Notes: generated from the sequence alone by a model not told the origin. Shown: positions 13,311 through 24,883, counted from the stretch's first letter. The stretch: 64,000 nt of DNA from Mustelus asterias (GCF_964213995.1 NC_135814.1:57908001-57972000), one strand, 5' to 3'. A program made the numbers and translations.

Positions 13311-15487
13311 AATGTGTTCTTTGAACAAACCTGTAGCCATTATTTATAAATACATACGCACCATATCGGTTGTATGCTTCGCCATCTTGTCTCCTCACTT
13401 CTCATTAATGCAAGACAAGCTGACTGCAGCCATACAGTGGAGATGTTCAGCCGAGCTGCTTTCGGGTTAAACTGGGCATTTGCAAAACGATATGTTGCAT
13501 GTTTCAATGGAATTCTAAATTAATATGAAAAATCATTGCCACGATTTTGTATTTTGCTCAGCAATAACACATGAAATGTTAAAGTGTCCGGCAGGCACAC
13601 AAAATAACACGAAGGAAACAAAGGGAAAGAGGGGGTGGGGGTTAGGTCGAGAAGGAATGTGGCCAAATAGCATAAGATAAATAAAGCAAGACAAAAATAA
13701 AATTCAAACATATACGTTTTCGTTACTTTAACTAAACTTGGCAGTTACTACTTGCTTTGATTTTCCTAAACGGTTTGCAGCCCTGGCCTATGTCACAATT
13801 TTATTAATGCATATTTCAGGAAAAAGTTAACCGCTTGATTTTTCAAAATTTACAGAGAGCAAATCAATCCAAATAAAGGGATTTAGTAAAGATTTCCACA
13901 GATGTTATCAGAGAAATATAGGAATATATTCAAAAGAGCCTCAATCTATTACCGTTATCTTAGGAAGGCGATAATGTTATTATGCAGCAAACGGTGTTCG
14001 GGACGCCCCAATATTAGGTGCCTGGGAGAATGGAAGCTGATCCCAGACACTAGCTGCTGCCTCTCCACAGCAGCCGCCCGCAGCACCGACACATGCGGCG
14101 CCATTTTGTTCGACAAATAAAGCAGGAACGATCAAAGCCTTCTGGCAACAAAGATATCACCCATCCGTCGAAAAATAATGTCTTTATTTTAAATGAAAAA
14201 AAGAAAATGGGATGTGAACATCTGAAAACATCAACAGTGTGACGAAGACAACAATCTAACAAACCTTATGTGGATGATTTTAGAAGTTGTGCAGCACTTA
14301 AAATGTTCTCCTCCAGAGCAAACTCCTTTGCTTTACTTTATCTTAAAATCTCTGAGGACAAGGACGTGTTAAATATGAATTCAGTATGGTTCTTATGCAC
14401 TACACACAGCTCGTCAGCGTGTCATTTTAAACGTGCCTATTACTAACGCCAACGCCGTAAAGACATCCTCAGCCTTGTTTTGTTAGTACACCACCCACAC
14501 GTCAAAGAATGCAAAATATTGTCTTTCCATGCAGACAGGAGGAGAAAAAGCACCCACTCACACAACAATTTGATAGAAACCAAACACCAGCTGAGGAGAT
14601 TTTTAAAAAAGTAATGCAACGACGCGTTTTGACCTTTTTTTTATTCTCAAACATTTCTGTATATATGTGAGCAGAAGAAATATTGACAAATATTGTGATT
14701 GCTAATTTGGCAATAACAGATTATAGAGAGCGCTGCCTTCGAGTTTTAAATGTCAAAAAGCTCACAAACGCTGCTATGTAGTGTATAAAGTTCATAAGTC
14801 ACAACACCTGCAATCAAGGAGAATCCGCGAGACATTACTTCAGAAATATTTAAGTAATTGGCTTGTGGGTGCTTATGAGATCAACAAACAACATATGAAC
14901 AAAGAATCATTTGTAAACAGGGCGTGCTGATCCAGATGGAGAAAGTTAGATTATACTTGTTCAGAGTGTAAAGGTATCGAATAAATTGTACATTTCAAGC
15001 TATTTCTGGTAGCCCTAGGAGGGGGAAGGGTTGAAAGTGTTTACAGTATCTGTTTATATTCATGGTAAAATGCAGTGAGTGTCTGCAAATCATCCTGTCC
15101 TATTTGGCATTGGGCCTCACCGCCAGCTCCTACTGTCCAGGGTGCTGCTTTAGCCACAGCTTGTGTTCATTCTTCTACACTGAAGAGCCTTGCGATGATT
15201 GTCACAGTTCCGAAGATTAATTGATTTGTCCCTTATTACTCCACGCTACACATTTGTAGGCAGAAATCTAGACTTGAGTGTTCTTTTCTTCTCAGCAATA
15301 CAACCACCCACTATGATATGCAGGATGTTTTGTAATAGTACTTACTGTACACTTTCTACTTTCTAGGAATGACTGCACTGCCTTACATAATAACATGGCC
15401 TGGAGAAGACAGGAAAACGCTACCTACACCTTTATATATTTTATTTCAGAATCATTCAGAAAGCCAGTCTTATTTTCCACTCTTGTC

Positions 15488-15521
15488 ATTGGTTAAGGCG
15501 ATCATGTGACGATAAAATCAG
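15488..15521 (+). promoter_or_regulatory. hoxd2 promoter module (inverted CCAAT plus variant E-box)
   Basis: ATTGG 15488-15492, 10-nt spacer, CATGTG 15503-15508, about 170 nt upstream of the ATG. Confidence 0.55.
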
Positions 15522-15672
15522 CCTCATCTCAACGTCGTGTCTGTGTATTCAATAGACATAGTTTAATAATAGCACAGTCCCTTAGCGTTTGTAATCAGTA
15601 CATTTTATAAATATATATTTTCAAGGTAACTATCAAATAGGCAATTTTCTAACCGATTCTGCCCGGGCAGAA

Positions 15673-16018
15673 ATGAACAACGAGTTTGAGAGAGAGGTTG
15701 GTTTTATCAATAGTGAGCCATCGCTTGCCGAGTGCCTGACATCCTTTCCTCCTGTTGGCGAGACATTTCAAAGTTCATCAATCAAGAACTCGACGCTTTC
15801 ACATTCGACACTGATTCCTCCTCCTTTTGAGCAGAGCTTCAGCAGCTTGGACCATGGTAACACAAACCAAAATGGGAAAACCCACACTTCAAAAGGCATT
15901 GGTCGGGCCACGTTAGGGGACAAACCTCTGGAATATCCGTGGATGAGAGAAAAGAAAAGCCACAAGAAAAAAATTGTGCCAGCGACGGGATCATTCTCAT
16001 CGTGTTCTTCTAACGAAG
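15673..16018 (+). CDS. hoxd2: Homeobox protein HoxD2, exon 1
   Basis: PG2 N-terminus MNNEFEREVGFINSEPSLAECLTSFPPVGETFQSSSIKNSTLSHSTLIPPPFEQ and hexapeptide EYPWMREKK. Phase-1 donor AAG|GTCAGG. Position between hoxd3 and hoxd1. Confidence 0.93.
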
Positions 16019-16406
16019 GTCAGGTCAATAATATTTTCCTTTACTATTAGTTTTTTTTGTGTGTCATATACGGTGTACAGAGAGTATTTTTTTTTAAAGG
16101 GATTCAATTTTGAAGCAATACATGTTTCATAGACTGAAAGATGTCAGACCTGCAAAATGCTCACATCCCAACAATATCCAAAATGTAAATAGTGGCTACT
16201 AAGGTCTATGGCAGTCCTCGTATTCTGTAGGTATGAGTAACCTGCACAGAACACAATTGCAGGCAGCTGGATTATCTTTCTGTTGCTCTGCTGGGCCATT
16301 TTCTGCTGGAAACCTTTTGTGTCTCGGAGGCGGCCATTTTATGTTGCTGGATTATATTTGGAAAGATTTGTGATAACTTATCCAAACTTTTCCCTCTTTA
16401 CAACAG

Positions 16407-17155
16407 AGAATGAAGAGCTTAATGAACCGGACAACGGGAGTCCTTTTGACAGCTCCAGGAGACTACGAACCACTTACACAAATACTCAGCTGCTGGAGCT
16501 GGAAAAGGAGTTTCATTACAATCGTTACCTCTGCAGACCTCGGAGGGTAGAAATCGCGGCTCTGCTCGATTTAACAGAAAGGCAAGTCAAAGTCTGGTTT
16601 CAGAACAGGCGCATGAAGCACAAAAGACAAACTCGATTCAAACAAAGCCAAAACGCTGATTCAAAGCGCCAATTTGCTAACAGTGCTAATCAGAGTGCAT
16701 TTTCCACAAGAAGTTTTGCCGAGACACCTGTAAATAAAACTTTGGGTTCGTTAGAGAGCGAAAAGATTGCTGAGCGAGAGATGAGCGATTCCGCTCATCA
16801 AGATGTGTTGAGTGATATCAGCAGCGACCTGTTCAGTGTTATTGGCACTTCTCTGATCTGCACTGAGGGGACCCGCAGCCACTATTTTCCCCAGAACTCA
16901 GATGAAACTGACTCCCTGATGCCTATGCTGAAAAACTGCTCGGCTGGAACAAGTCCTGGCAGTCCAGAGAGTTTCAGCATCCCATCTTTGGAGGATTTAG
17001 ACAAAATTACAATCGAACCACATCTAGATCTGATAGAAGAATTACCTCAATTTTCTTTGTTGGAAAACGAGGACACATTAGTTATTCCATCCAACGTGTT
17101 TGACTTTCTAAGTGACAATTTTAGCTCCACCGATTTTCAGCAGTTGCAGTTTTAG
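16407..17155 (+). CDS. hoxd2: Homeobox protein HoxD2, exon 2 (homeodomain; 364 aa spliced)
   Basis: Acceptor tacaacag| in phase with exon 1. Homeodomain [60 protein letters not shown] and acidic PG2 tail ending TDFQQLQF*. Confidence 0.94.
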
Positions 17156-19775
17156 ACCGACTTCCAGTTCACGCACACACACCGAATTCTTGATCTCCTT
17201 AATATTTCTAATACCCGCATTAACAGGCTGGAAGGTCGTGCCATTTAGCACATGCTTCTTGATCCCAGACGTTATGGATCTCCTGCTCATGTCTGCATTA
17301 TGCCACGAATCAAAGGAAACAAATTCTGAACAAATTTAATGTAGCGCAAGAAATAAAAGTATTTTCAGTATTTTATTTTAAATAAATTTCAAATATCTGC
17401 AGATTTTCAAAAACTAAATACATATCTTTAAAAAACAATTTATATAATAGCTTTGAGTAAAAAAAAGTATTAACATGAAAATATGCAAGAGAAGGTGAAT
17501 AGAATATATTGGAGGTGAACATGTCTATCCCGACACTGCTGATTTCTCTCAGTTTAATAGTCGAACTGCCTTAGTCCAAAGTTCCAATCAGCGATAATCC
17601 TAGAAAATAAGACAAAAATGTTACCAGCAACCAAACGAGGTAAGTAATAACAGTGCTGTGACTGAATAAAACCAATTGCCTATGTTTAAAATGTAGTTAT
17701 TTATAGGCGAAATATTGATTGTTATGGAAAATACATTGCTAATAGGTTATGGACAATTTTCCGTGGTTTTTCCCTTAAAGTGTTTAATGCTTTAAGAAAA
17801 TATAGTTCTATGGAGTTAGATTCCTCAAGCCACAGCATGGACCCCAATTCAAATTTACATACTAAGGTCACTTCAAATATTTATTGAGCTGCTATGAAAA
17901 CCGAAAGGGAAGCCAACTGGGCTGATCATTCACAGAGGAAAAAGGCAATTGATAATTATTCACAAACTCAGTTACTACAGAATTACAAAACAAACCGATG
18001 CTAACCGATGACTGCCATAGTCCGGTTGGGGTTTCAACCTATGAAAGACGCCATTTTGTTCGACGGGACCAAATGTGGGAGCTGAATAAATCAATGCATT
18101 GATATCCTATTTAGGAGAGGCGGAATAAACAAGATCTCGACAAGGCACTGAACTTCTAGCATTCCAACCAGGACGCTGACGAAAGATGCAATATCATAAC
18201 CAAATCAGAAATTGTAGAAGATAAAGAAATGATAGCCGATTGAAACACGTTGTTTAGGATTTTATTTCCTTTTGCATTTCGCTCAGAGGTTCACAATAGT
18301 TTATCACCATTTGTGGCTTTAAAAACGAATATGGTTAAAACCCAACACTATTCCATTACCTTTAGGTAGGATGTCTGTGTAAAATTCTCCGTCAAATAAC
18401 ACACATCAAACTTGCCTAAATATATTTAAAACATGTACAGCATTGATGCTGGTGGGAGTCATGTTGATATTTTAAAATGACATGCATTTCTTCACCCAAA
18501 ACAATCTGAATGAGTCAAGAATTAATGTAGCAAGCGGATATAGTCCCATGTAATAAGTAACTGCTGAATAAGATCTATCCTGTTGAACAATTGCCAGAAA
18601 TTTGATCTAAAAGTTCCTGTATTTTTTAAAACACACACTCGTAGTATTTATCAACTTCAGCGATTAAATCTATTGAGCATGCTATTGAGGAGAAACAACA
18701 TGCATCACAATCTAAGCTAGAAATTCACCAGTTACTTCGAAGGCAAGGTGCAATTTATCTTTCTGTTTGAGAAGGGGGAACACACGTGCTTTCCAAAAGT
18801 CTCCCTGCAGCGTCAGTAGGGCAAAGAATAGCGCACTACTTAGAAAAATAAGTAGCTTCTGAATCCTGAACAAACCCACGCAATGTTTGTTAGCAAGGAG
18901 GATGTGCTTCGAAACGCCCACGGTCCACATTTGTAATGTCCAATAAATATTTAATTTTTTGACATTCTTACTTTCGTGTATTTAATTTCCAGAAAAAAAA
19001 TAGCCTTGTGTGCACATTCTGAACAAAAATGTCTGCTTTATTCAAGTGAGACACGACCATGCGTTTAATGATCAATGGCTTGAGGAGTCCTTGGTAGGTC
19101 GTTTTCAAATTGTAGGATCAACTGTCAGTATATTAAAGTTCCAAAGGGAATGTGGTGATTAGATTCTGATATTTATAAGAAGGTCGTAAATGCAGTTAAT
19201 TCCGTGTATTCGTTCATTATGTATCTTTAGAACCATGAGTACAGGTCAAATTGCTAAACCTCTGCACGTAATTCCGAATTTCACTTTCGCATGGGATGAA
19301 AACTTTTCTGTAGACATATCTATAGTAGTTGGACTTCATACAGCGTTCCCTCTGCATACTAAGGCCGGTCAAATTAGTTATACGCTCATTTAGTTTTTTC
19401 TTCATGCATGTGTTGTGTTATGGTTCCACTATAGCGAGGTCATGCCAGCAAAACTCAATCGCAGTAACAAGTGACACTTTAACCCTGCATAAATTATGAA
19501 GTTTATGCTTCCACCAACAGTACAACGCACTGTACGTTTTCCAAAAAAAATGAAGCATCCCGCCCTAAAATAGGGCGAGTTTTGTTTTTTTTCATGTTTC
19601 CAGTAATAAACAGCAGCTCTCCACGAACCCGTGAGCAAAGGATCACGTGACGGCAAAATCAGTCATTATATTTCATTTTTATGTTGGGCAACTGTCTGCT
19701 GTATTTACAGCTAATATTTCCGTTTGTTCTGCAAAAATAATGGCTCTAAACGTGCAATTGTAAATGAAAAGGAAG

Positions 19776-20103
19776 GCTAATTTGGAATTTGAAACAACGC
19801 ACTAACACATAAGGAGTTCTGCTGAAAGACTTGCAGCTCTGTCTGGATGCATAGCTGTCAGTGGGGTATTGTTAAGAGTTCATCAATCATGAAATCTGCA
19901 CTTTTCCCTCGACAGCAGTTCCTCCTTCTTTAAAGCAAGCCCAGGCCAGCTGGGATCCCTCCAGCAACCGCTGCCAAAGCGGACAAATGCAAAAGCGAAT
20001 CACACACCAGTCTAATCACACCACAGACGAAACCTCCTGTATGACTAACCTTCGAGAAATCTGGCGTCTAACTGCGATCCCTCGTTACTGCTCGTTAAAG
20101 AGG
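19776..20103 (+). pseudogene. Decayed duplicate of hoxd2 exon 1
   Basis: Aligns to 15673-16018 at about +4.1 kb. N-x-EFE, I12, S14, L22 and V28 match in ungapped register. AGTTCATCAATCA is identical, and SSSIMKSAL..STAVPPSLKQ aligns to SSSIKNSTLSHSTLIPPPFEQ. Stop at 19803, two frameshifts, hexapeptide lost. Confidence 0.72.
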
Positions 20104-20679
20104 GTAAAACGTTTCAAGGGCACCAGAAATCTTGGCTCAGCTGAGTATGCTATGTGTGCTTAAATTATTGTCATGTATGACTGCATTTGTGGTATTGGGT
20201 CACTTACGTTAACCTTCTAAAACATGTCACTAATAGATGTGTTTTCATAGGAATCCCTGATGTATAAAAACCCGTACATTATATTTTATTTACAACCCCA
20301 TATTTCCTCTTGTCAATTCACAGAACAGTTAATGGAGAGCTAATATAGTTGCTAGCACGGTAGGTCTAGTGCAATGGCTGTCATTTTTGGAATATAACCC
20401 ACACTTGATGCCTTAAGGTGCAGCCTTATTTGCAAATTTAGAATGGTTAACCGCACTTCCCACAAAAATCAAGCGATAGAGAAGTTAGTTCAACGACAAT
20501 CCTGGGATTCCTGACAAGTTGCAAAATGCAAAGCAACCTTGCCACTTGCCTGGCTATTTAATTTCGAGACTGCCCCTTTTATCTCTAGAGATCGAAGTGC
20601 ACCACCATCAACATCATCACCACCACAACCCCCTCCCCCACATCCACACATACATTCTTATATGCTACAGGCTTAAGAT

Positions 20680-21150
20680 AAAAACTAACCTCGCGAAAAT
20701 TGAGGGTTTAATCAGGGAAGCGTATAAAATTGGTTATTGCAAAAAGAAATTCCAAGTAACAGGATAATCTTGATGTTTACTAGCCCCGAATCATTAGTCC
20801 GCTATTGCCAGAATGCCTCTATCCCTTTTGCTCTAGACTCGTGGCGGTCTAACACCAAGTAAACAGATAAGTTTTGATTGTGAATTTGAGGAAAGTGCCG
20901 TCCCTTTCAAATCCAGAAGCTCACACAGATTTGGGAATATTTTCACACGCTACTGCAGTGAATCTGCACCTTCTGCAGGCCTGTCTCTAATTGACAATGC
21001 ATTCTTCAGTTATTGTCCCCCAAGCTGTCTAAATCAGCTGATCTAGTTGCAGAATTGGTGGCAACTAGGTGCAGGAGGAATTCCAGAAAGAGATTGGTCG
21101 AATTGCTTTTTATAAAGAATAGTTAAGTGTTTAGAGAAGTAAGTAAATAT
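20680..21150 (+). pseudogene. Highly decayed duplicate of hoxd2 exon 2 (boundaries approximate)
   Basis: Short matches at +4119 to +4137: tttaacag/tttaatcag (16570/20707), acacc..gtaaa (16724/20852), gctcatcaagatgtg/gctcacacagatttg (16793/20919), tattttcccc/tattgtcccc (16883/21011), tttagacaa/tttagagaa (16996/21130). Confidence 0.5.
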
Positions 21151-23752
21151 GTGGGACTGTCACCGTTCACTCTTTACAAAACTATACTAAAGTGCGATGA
21201 AAATTAAACACGCCTTCACATGACTGCCTATGCCTGTTCATTTAAGTAATTAGTCAAGATTGCAAAGAAGTGTTAGCTGTCGCTGTCAAAAGAAAGCAAC
21301 GTTCCAATTAACTTCCTTTATTATTTTGGCGTGGAACACGTGAACCTCAGAAGAAACTTTGGAACTCGGAATGAGTTGATTTTATATTTATAAATTCCAC
21401 GTCAGCAAACAACAGTGGTAATTGGAAAAATATTTGATCTTTCCGATTAGGAATTGCAGCACGTTTGTTCATGCATGCACATGTTTGGAAATGACCATCT
21501 CAACTCTGAGCACATTCTTTAGGCCATTTGTTTTGCTCACTGTACAGACCTATATTTTGAGTGCGATAGCAACATAAGTGAACTTGCTGTGGATGACTGT
21601 TCCAGCCAGGCGCTCAATTAAACGCCCACCAATGATCAGCATCCGATTTCAAAGGAGAAAAGTAAACGCTAAATAGTTAGAAACAAAGTTCTGCTCTTTA
21701 AAAAAAAAACAATATCTGCTTTTGAGAAACACAACGAAAAGGCCTAAATATTGTGATTTTTAAAATATTTAAGTTGAATAATGCCCAATATATTAATCAC
21801 ATACTGCTGTTAACACCTTATTAGGAAAAAAGAGATTTACACTTATAATGCTGCATATATCCTTCAAAGTAACACTGCAAAGATATATGTTAGCAAAACA
21901 CCCAAAGACAAGGGCAATGCAAATGAGAAGGCGGGATGCAGTGTTGAATTAGCTATGCAGAAATTTTAGCCATTTGCAAACCCAGTGTATGCTTTCAAAG
22001 CCCTCAAACTCACTTCCCTCTGAATTATACATAACACGGCTTTTCACGATCAGATTCAGCATGCTGACCGCAAAATGAATGGGAAGGACTTTGATAAGAT
22101 GTACCTTTGACTCAAGCAGGAGAGCAGCAACACAAACATTATTACTCAAGATTCAATTGCGAGGGAACACAAGAGAGAGAGTACAAGCTCGGTTGATGCC
22201 CACTTAAAAATCGAACTGGAGCAGCAGGATTTCGATTAGAAACGCCGAAAGAGATAATCAAACATCGAAAGAACAGGCATACTGTGCTGTAGATATAGAT
22301 TTTAGATTTCGAATGCTACATACCGAATATATATTTTCAATCCTTTCTATGATTGAATAAATTTATTTCAAACTACTCTAATGCTATGTTTTAACATATG
22401 CACGAGGTAATGACACGGCACCTAACAAGCTGCTCATTTGAATTAGACTGCACACTGCCCCTGGCGATTAAAAAGAGCAAGTCTTCATGTGCTTTACTCA
22501 CACAGATCAACTGACTGAGTTAGAGCTTCGCCAGTGAGTGTTTTGACAGGTAAATGACTCTAACTCGGCTGCTATCACGGAAGTATACCAAGATGAAATA
22601 ATATTTAGTAACGCATTAACCAAATAAATCAGAATATTTAAACTGATTTATCGATTTACCGAAACGATTGCAATTGTTCGGATGGGAAGTTTGGGACTGT
22701 GCAGTTTGGGAACTTGTTTTTCCAACATTTCATTTGATCTGTGTTTTAATTCATTTTTTAACGTAGCTTAAACATTTCCTACAGCACAGATCGAGCAGGG
22801 CAGAAGGCGAATCAGAATTAGCAAGGACCAATACTGGGGAGTGAAAGAAACAACTCACTGGCGTTAACATAGAATATCTTACCTTTGACTTCAGTATTTT
22901 CAGTTATATAGTTATTTTAATAACTTTGATCACTTTAAAAACATTTACGGAATGTTACAACGTTCTTTGCTATTAATGATAATTGACAGGGTGCCGATTG
23001 AGGAGCGAGGAAGCTTTCTATTCTGGCAAGAGGATTATCCGCGTGTTCTACTTGTTTTAACACCATTCAGTAGTCTTAGTGCTAACATTTGTAAAATCAC
23101 CGGGACAAGCAGTCGCACTTTACATGTTTGCTAAACAGTTCAAAATTCTAACACTGTCATAAACATCTCACTTTGTGAAACTCTTTATGGACATGATTAT
23201 TCTGTCGGTTAATATTACCTTCCGGAGAAATTAGCACCTCTGAGAAGGTAATTACAGTAGACGTTTACTTGCGGTATTCTATAAACTCTACACCGAGGGA
23301 GGGACCAGGAGCAGTGCCATGAACTCAACTTCAGAAACCAGGTAAATAACCATTTGCTTTATCCTTTCGCGCGCTCTCTCCATTCTGGATTTGCTGATGC
23401 TGTGACGATCGTCAAGGCCAGGAAACACTTAAGTCACCTTGTAGCCTCATTCGATGATCACTGCATCATAAAATCGCCAAGGCTCCTGACAGCAGACTGT
23501 GAGCCTTTACAGTTAGCGCCACCATCACACAACTCAGACCTCCTTATTCTGCAGCACGAAAAGGGATATCTTACCTTAGGACGGGCTTTCGGAGGATGGT
23601 CCGCAGTGTGAGTAAGGTTAGCGAACGCCTCTACTAACTGTGCTGATGATGTGATGTTAATAGATGGTGAGAGCATTGCAGCGCCCACTCCCCTCGGCGG
23701 CTGAGCGAAAAGCTCCGGACGCCATGGAATAGCGCTGGCTGAGACCGCAGTG

Positions 23753-23795
23753 ATTGGATGGGCACAACCACGTGACTTCCTTGCTCTATATTAGG
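23753..23795 (+). promoter_or_regulatory. hoxd1 promoter (inverted CCAAT, E-box, TATA-like)
   Basis: ATTGG 23753-23757, 11-nt spacer, CACGTGAC 23769-23776, then CTATATTA. Confidence 0.65.
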
Positions 23796-23906
23796 AATAT
23801 TTACTTCCTTTGCGAAGGAAGTGAAGGATCTGCTATGGTGATCAGGGATAGACAGCTATCAGCGAGAGCTAAACAGCCCATTCTGCTCCAGCCCATCATT
23901 GGAAGA

Positions 23907-24471
23907 ATGAACTCTTACTTAGAATACATTCCCAGTGCAGACATTCTGACCTTTTCGCCAAAGTTTTGTCACAGTAACTCTCCAGCAGTCTCCCTGCAGC
24001 AGTGCCCCGGACAAGGTCGCTGTGTTTCAAATGAATCGGTAGGTAATCCATCTCCCAGTCACCATCACCTCCATCAGCCGGTACCTGCCACCCTCGAACT
24101 TCCCGATGACTCCTCTGCATCCATAGATATTAACTTCTTACCTCAGAGCAATGTCGGTTATGACTTTCCTTACGCTGCTAACCAGGAACAGGATGACACT
24201 GGCGAACTTATCCCATACACCACCTCTGTTTACTCAGGAAGCGCGTCTTTTCCGCTCACTGCGCGCCAGCACCAATACAACAATCTCTTTGGGGAGCCGG
24301 AACAATATCAAACCTTTGGCAAGGAGTTCCCAAACTTTTACCCCGGGCATTATGAGAGCCTGTCGACGTGTCAGGGTGGTCACCACAGGTCGGAGTCCCC
24401 CACAGCACAGAAACTCGGCTCAGTCAATACCTTCGAGTGGATGAAAGTGAAGCGAAATCCTCCCAAAACAG
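23907..24471 (+). CDS. hoxd1: Homeobox protein HoxD1, exon 1
   Basis: MNSYLEYI..DILTFSPKFC resembles the HOXD1 N-terminus. PG1 motif TFEWMKVKRNPPKT. Phase-1 donor CAG|GTCAGT. Confidence 0.94.
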
Positions 24472-24883
24472 GTCAGTCAATTATCTCGGAAACCTGGAGC
24501 TGAAAGTGCACAATATATATTGTACGTATGTATAAAGACTGCTGCAGTTTATTGGCCTTCGGTAAGATTCGTTCAAAGCAGTAATTCTGTATTAACCCTT
24601 TCATTGACAGTGTCAATTTATTGAGATGAAGTGACCCTTAAGGGTGAAGTGCAGCGCTGTTCCAATCGTTTCGCCTTCTGCACCCCCCCCCCCCCCACCC
24701 CCCAATTCCGGCTCATATTATTGCCATTAATTGTGCTGGAGCAATGACACTGAGAATTGAATAGTTTTCAATAACGCTTTCGGGGGTGGGAGATGGGGAT
24801 ATAAGTGGCACAGTGAAATAAATGAGCTTAACAACTCTGTGTCTGGAATACTCTGCCTAACTATATTCTATGTCATTTTGTAG

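Noticed and set aside
11788-17155. The coding parts of hoxd3 and hoxd2 exon 2 are both 749 nt
   Set aside because: The sequences are unrelated outside the homeobox, so this is coincidence.
20519-20767. ORF with a poly-His run (HHHQHHHHH) reminiscent of Hox1 proteins
   Set aside because: It is a CAC/CAT microsatellite in a short ORF with a TTG start and no other homology in that frame.
22450-23705. CTCF-like motifs at about 22452, 23512 and 23685
   Set aside because: Each matches only part of the consensus and cannot be called without a PWM scan or ChIP data.
10001-24120. Antisense and alternative-frame ORFs over Hox exons (10001, 15768, 23896 and others)
   Set aside because: Shadows of the coding strand with no independent evidence.
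24683-24703. Poly-C tract in the hoxd1 intron as a G-quadruplex
   Set aside because: A simple homopolymer with no evidence of function.
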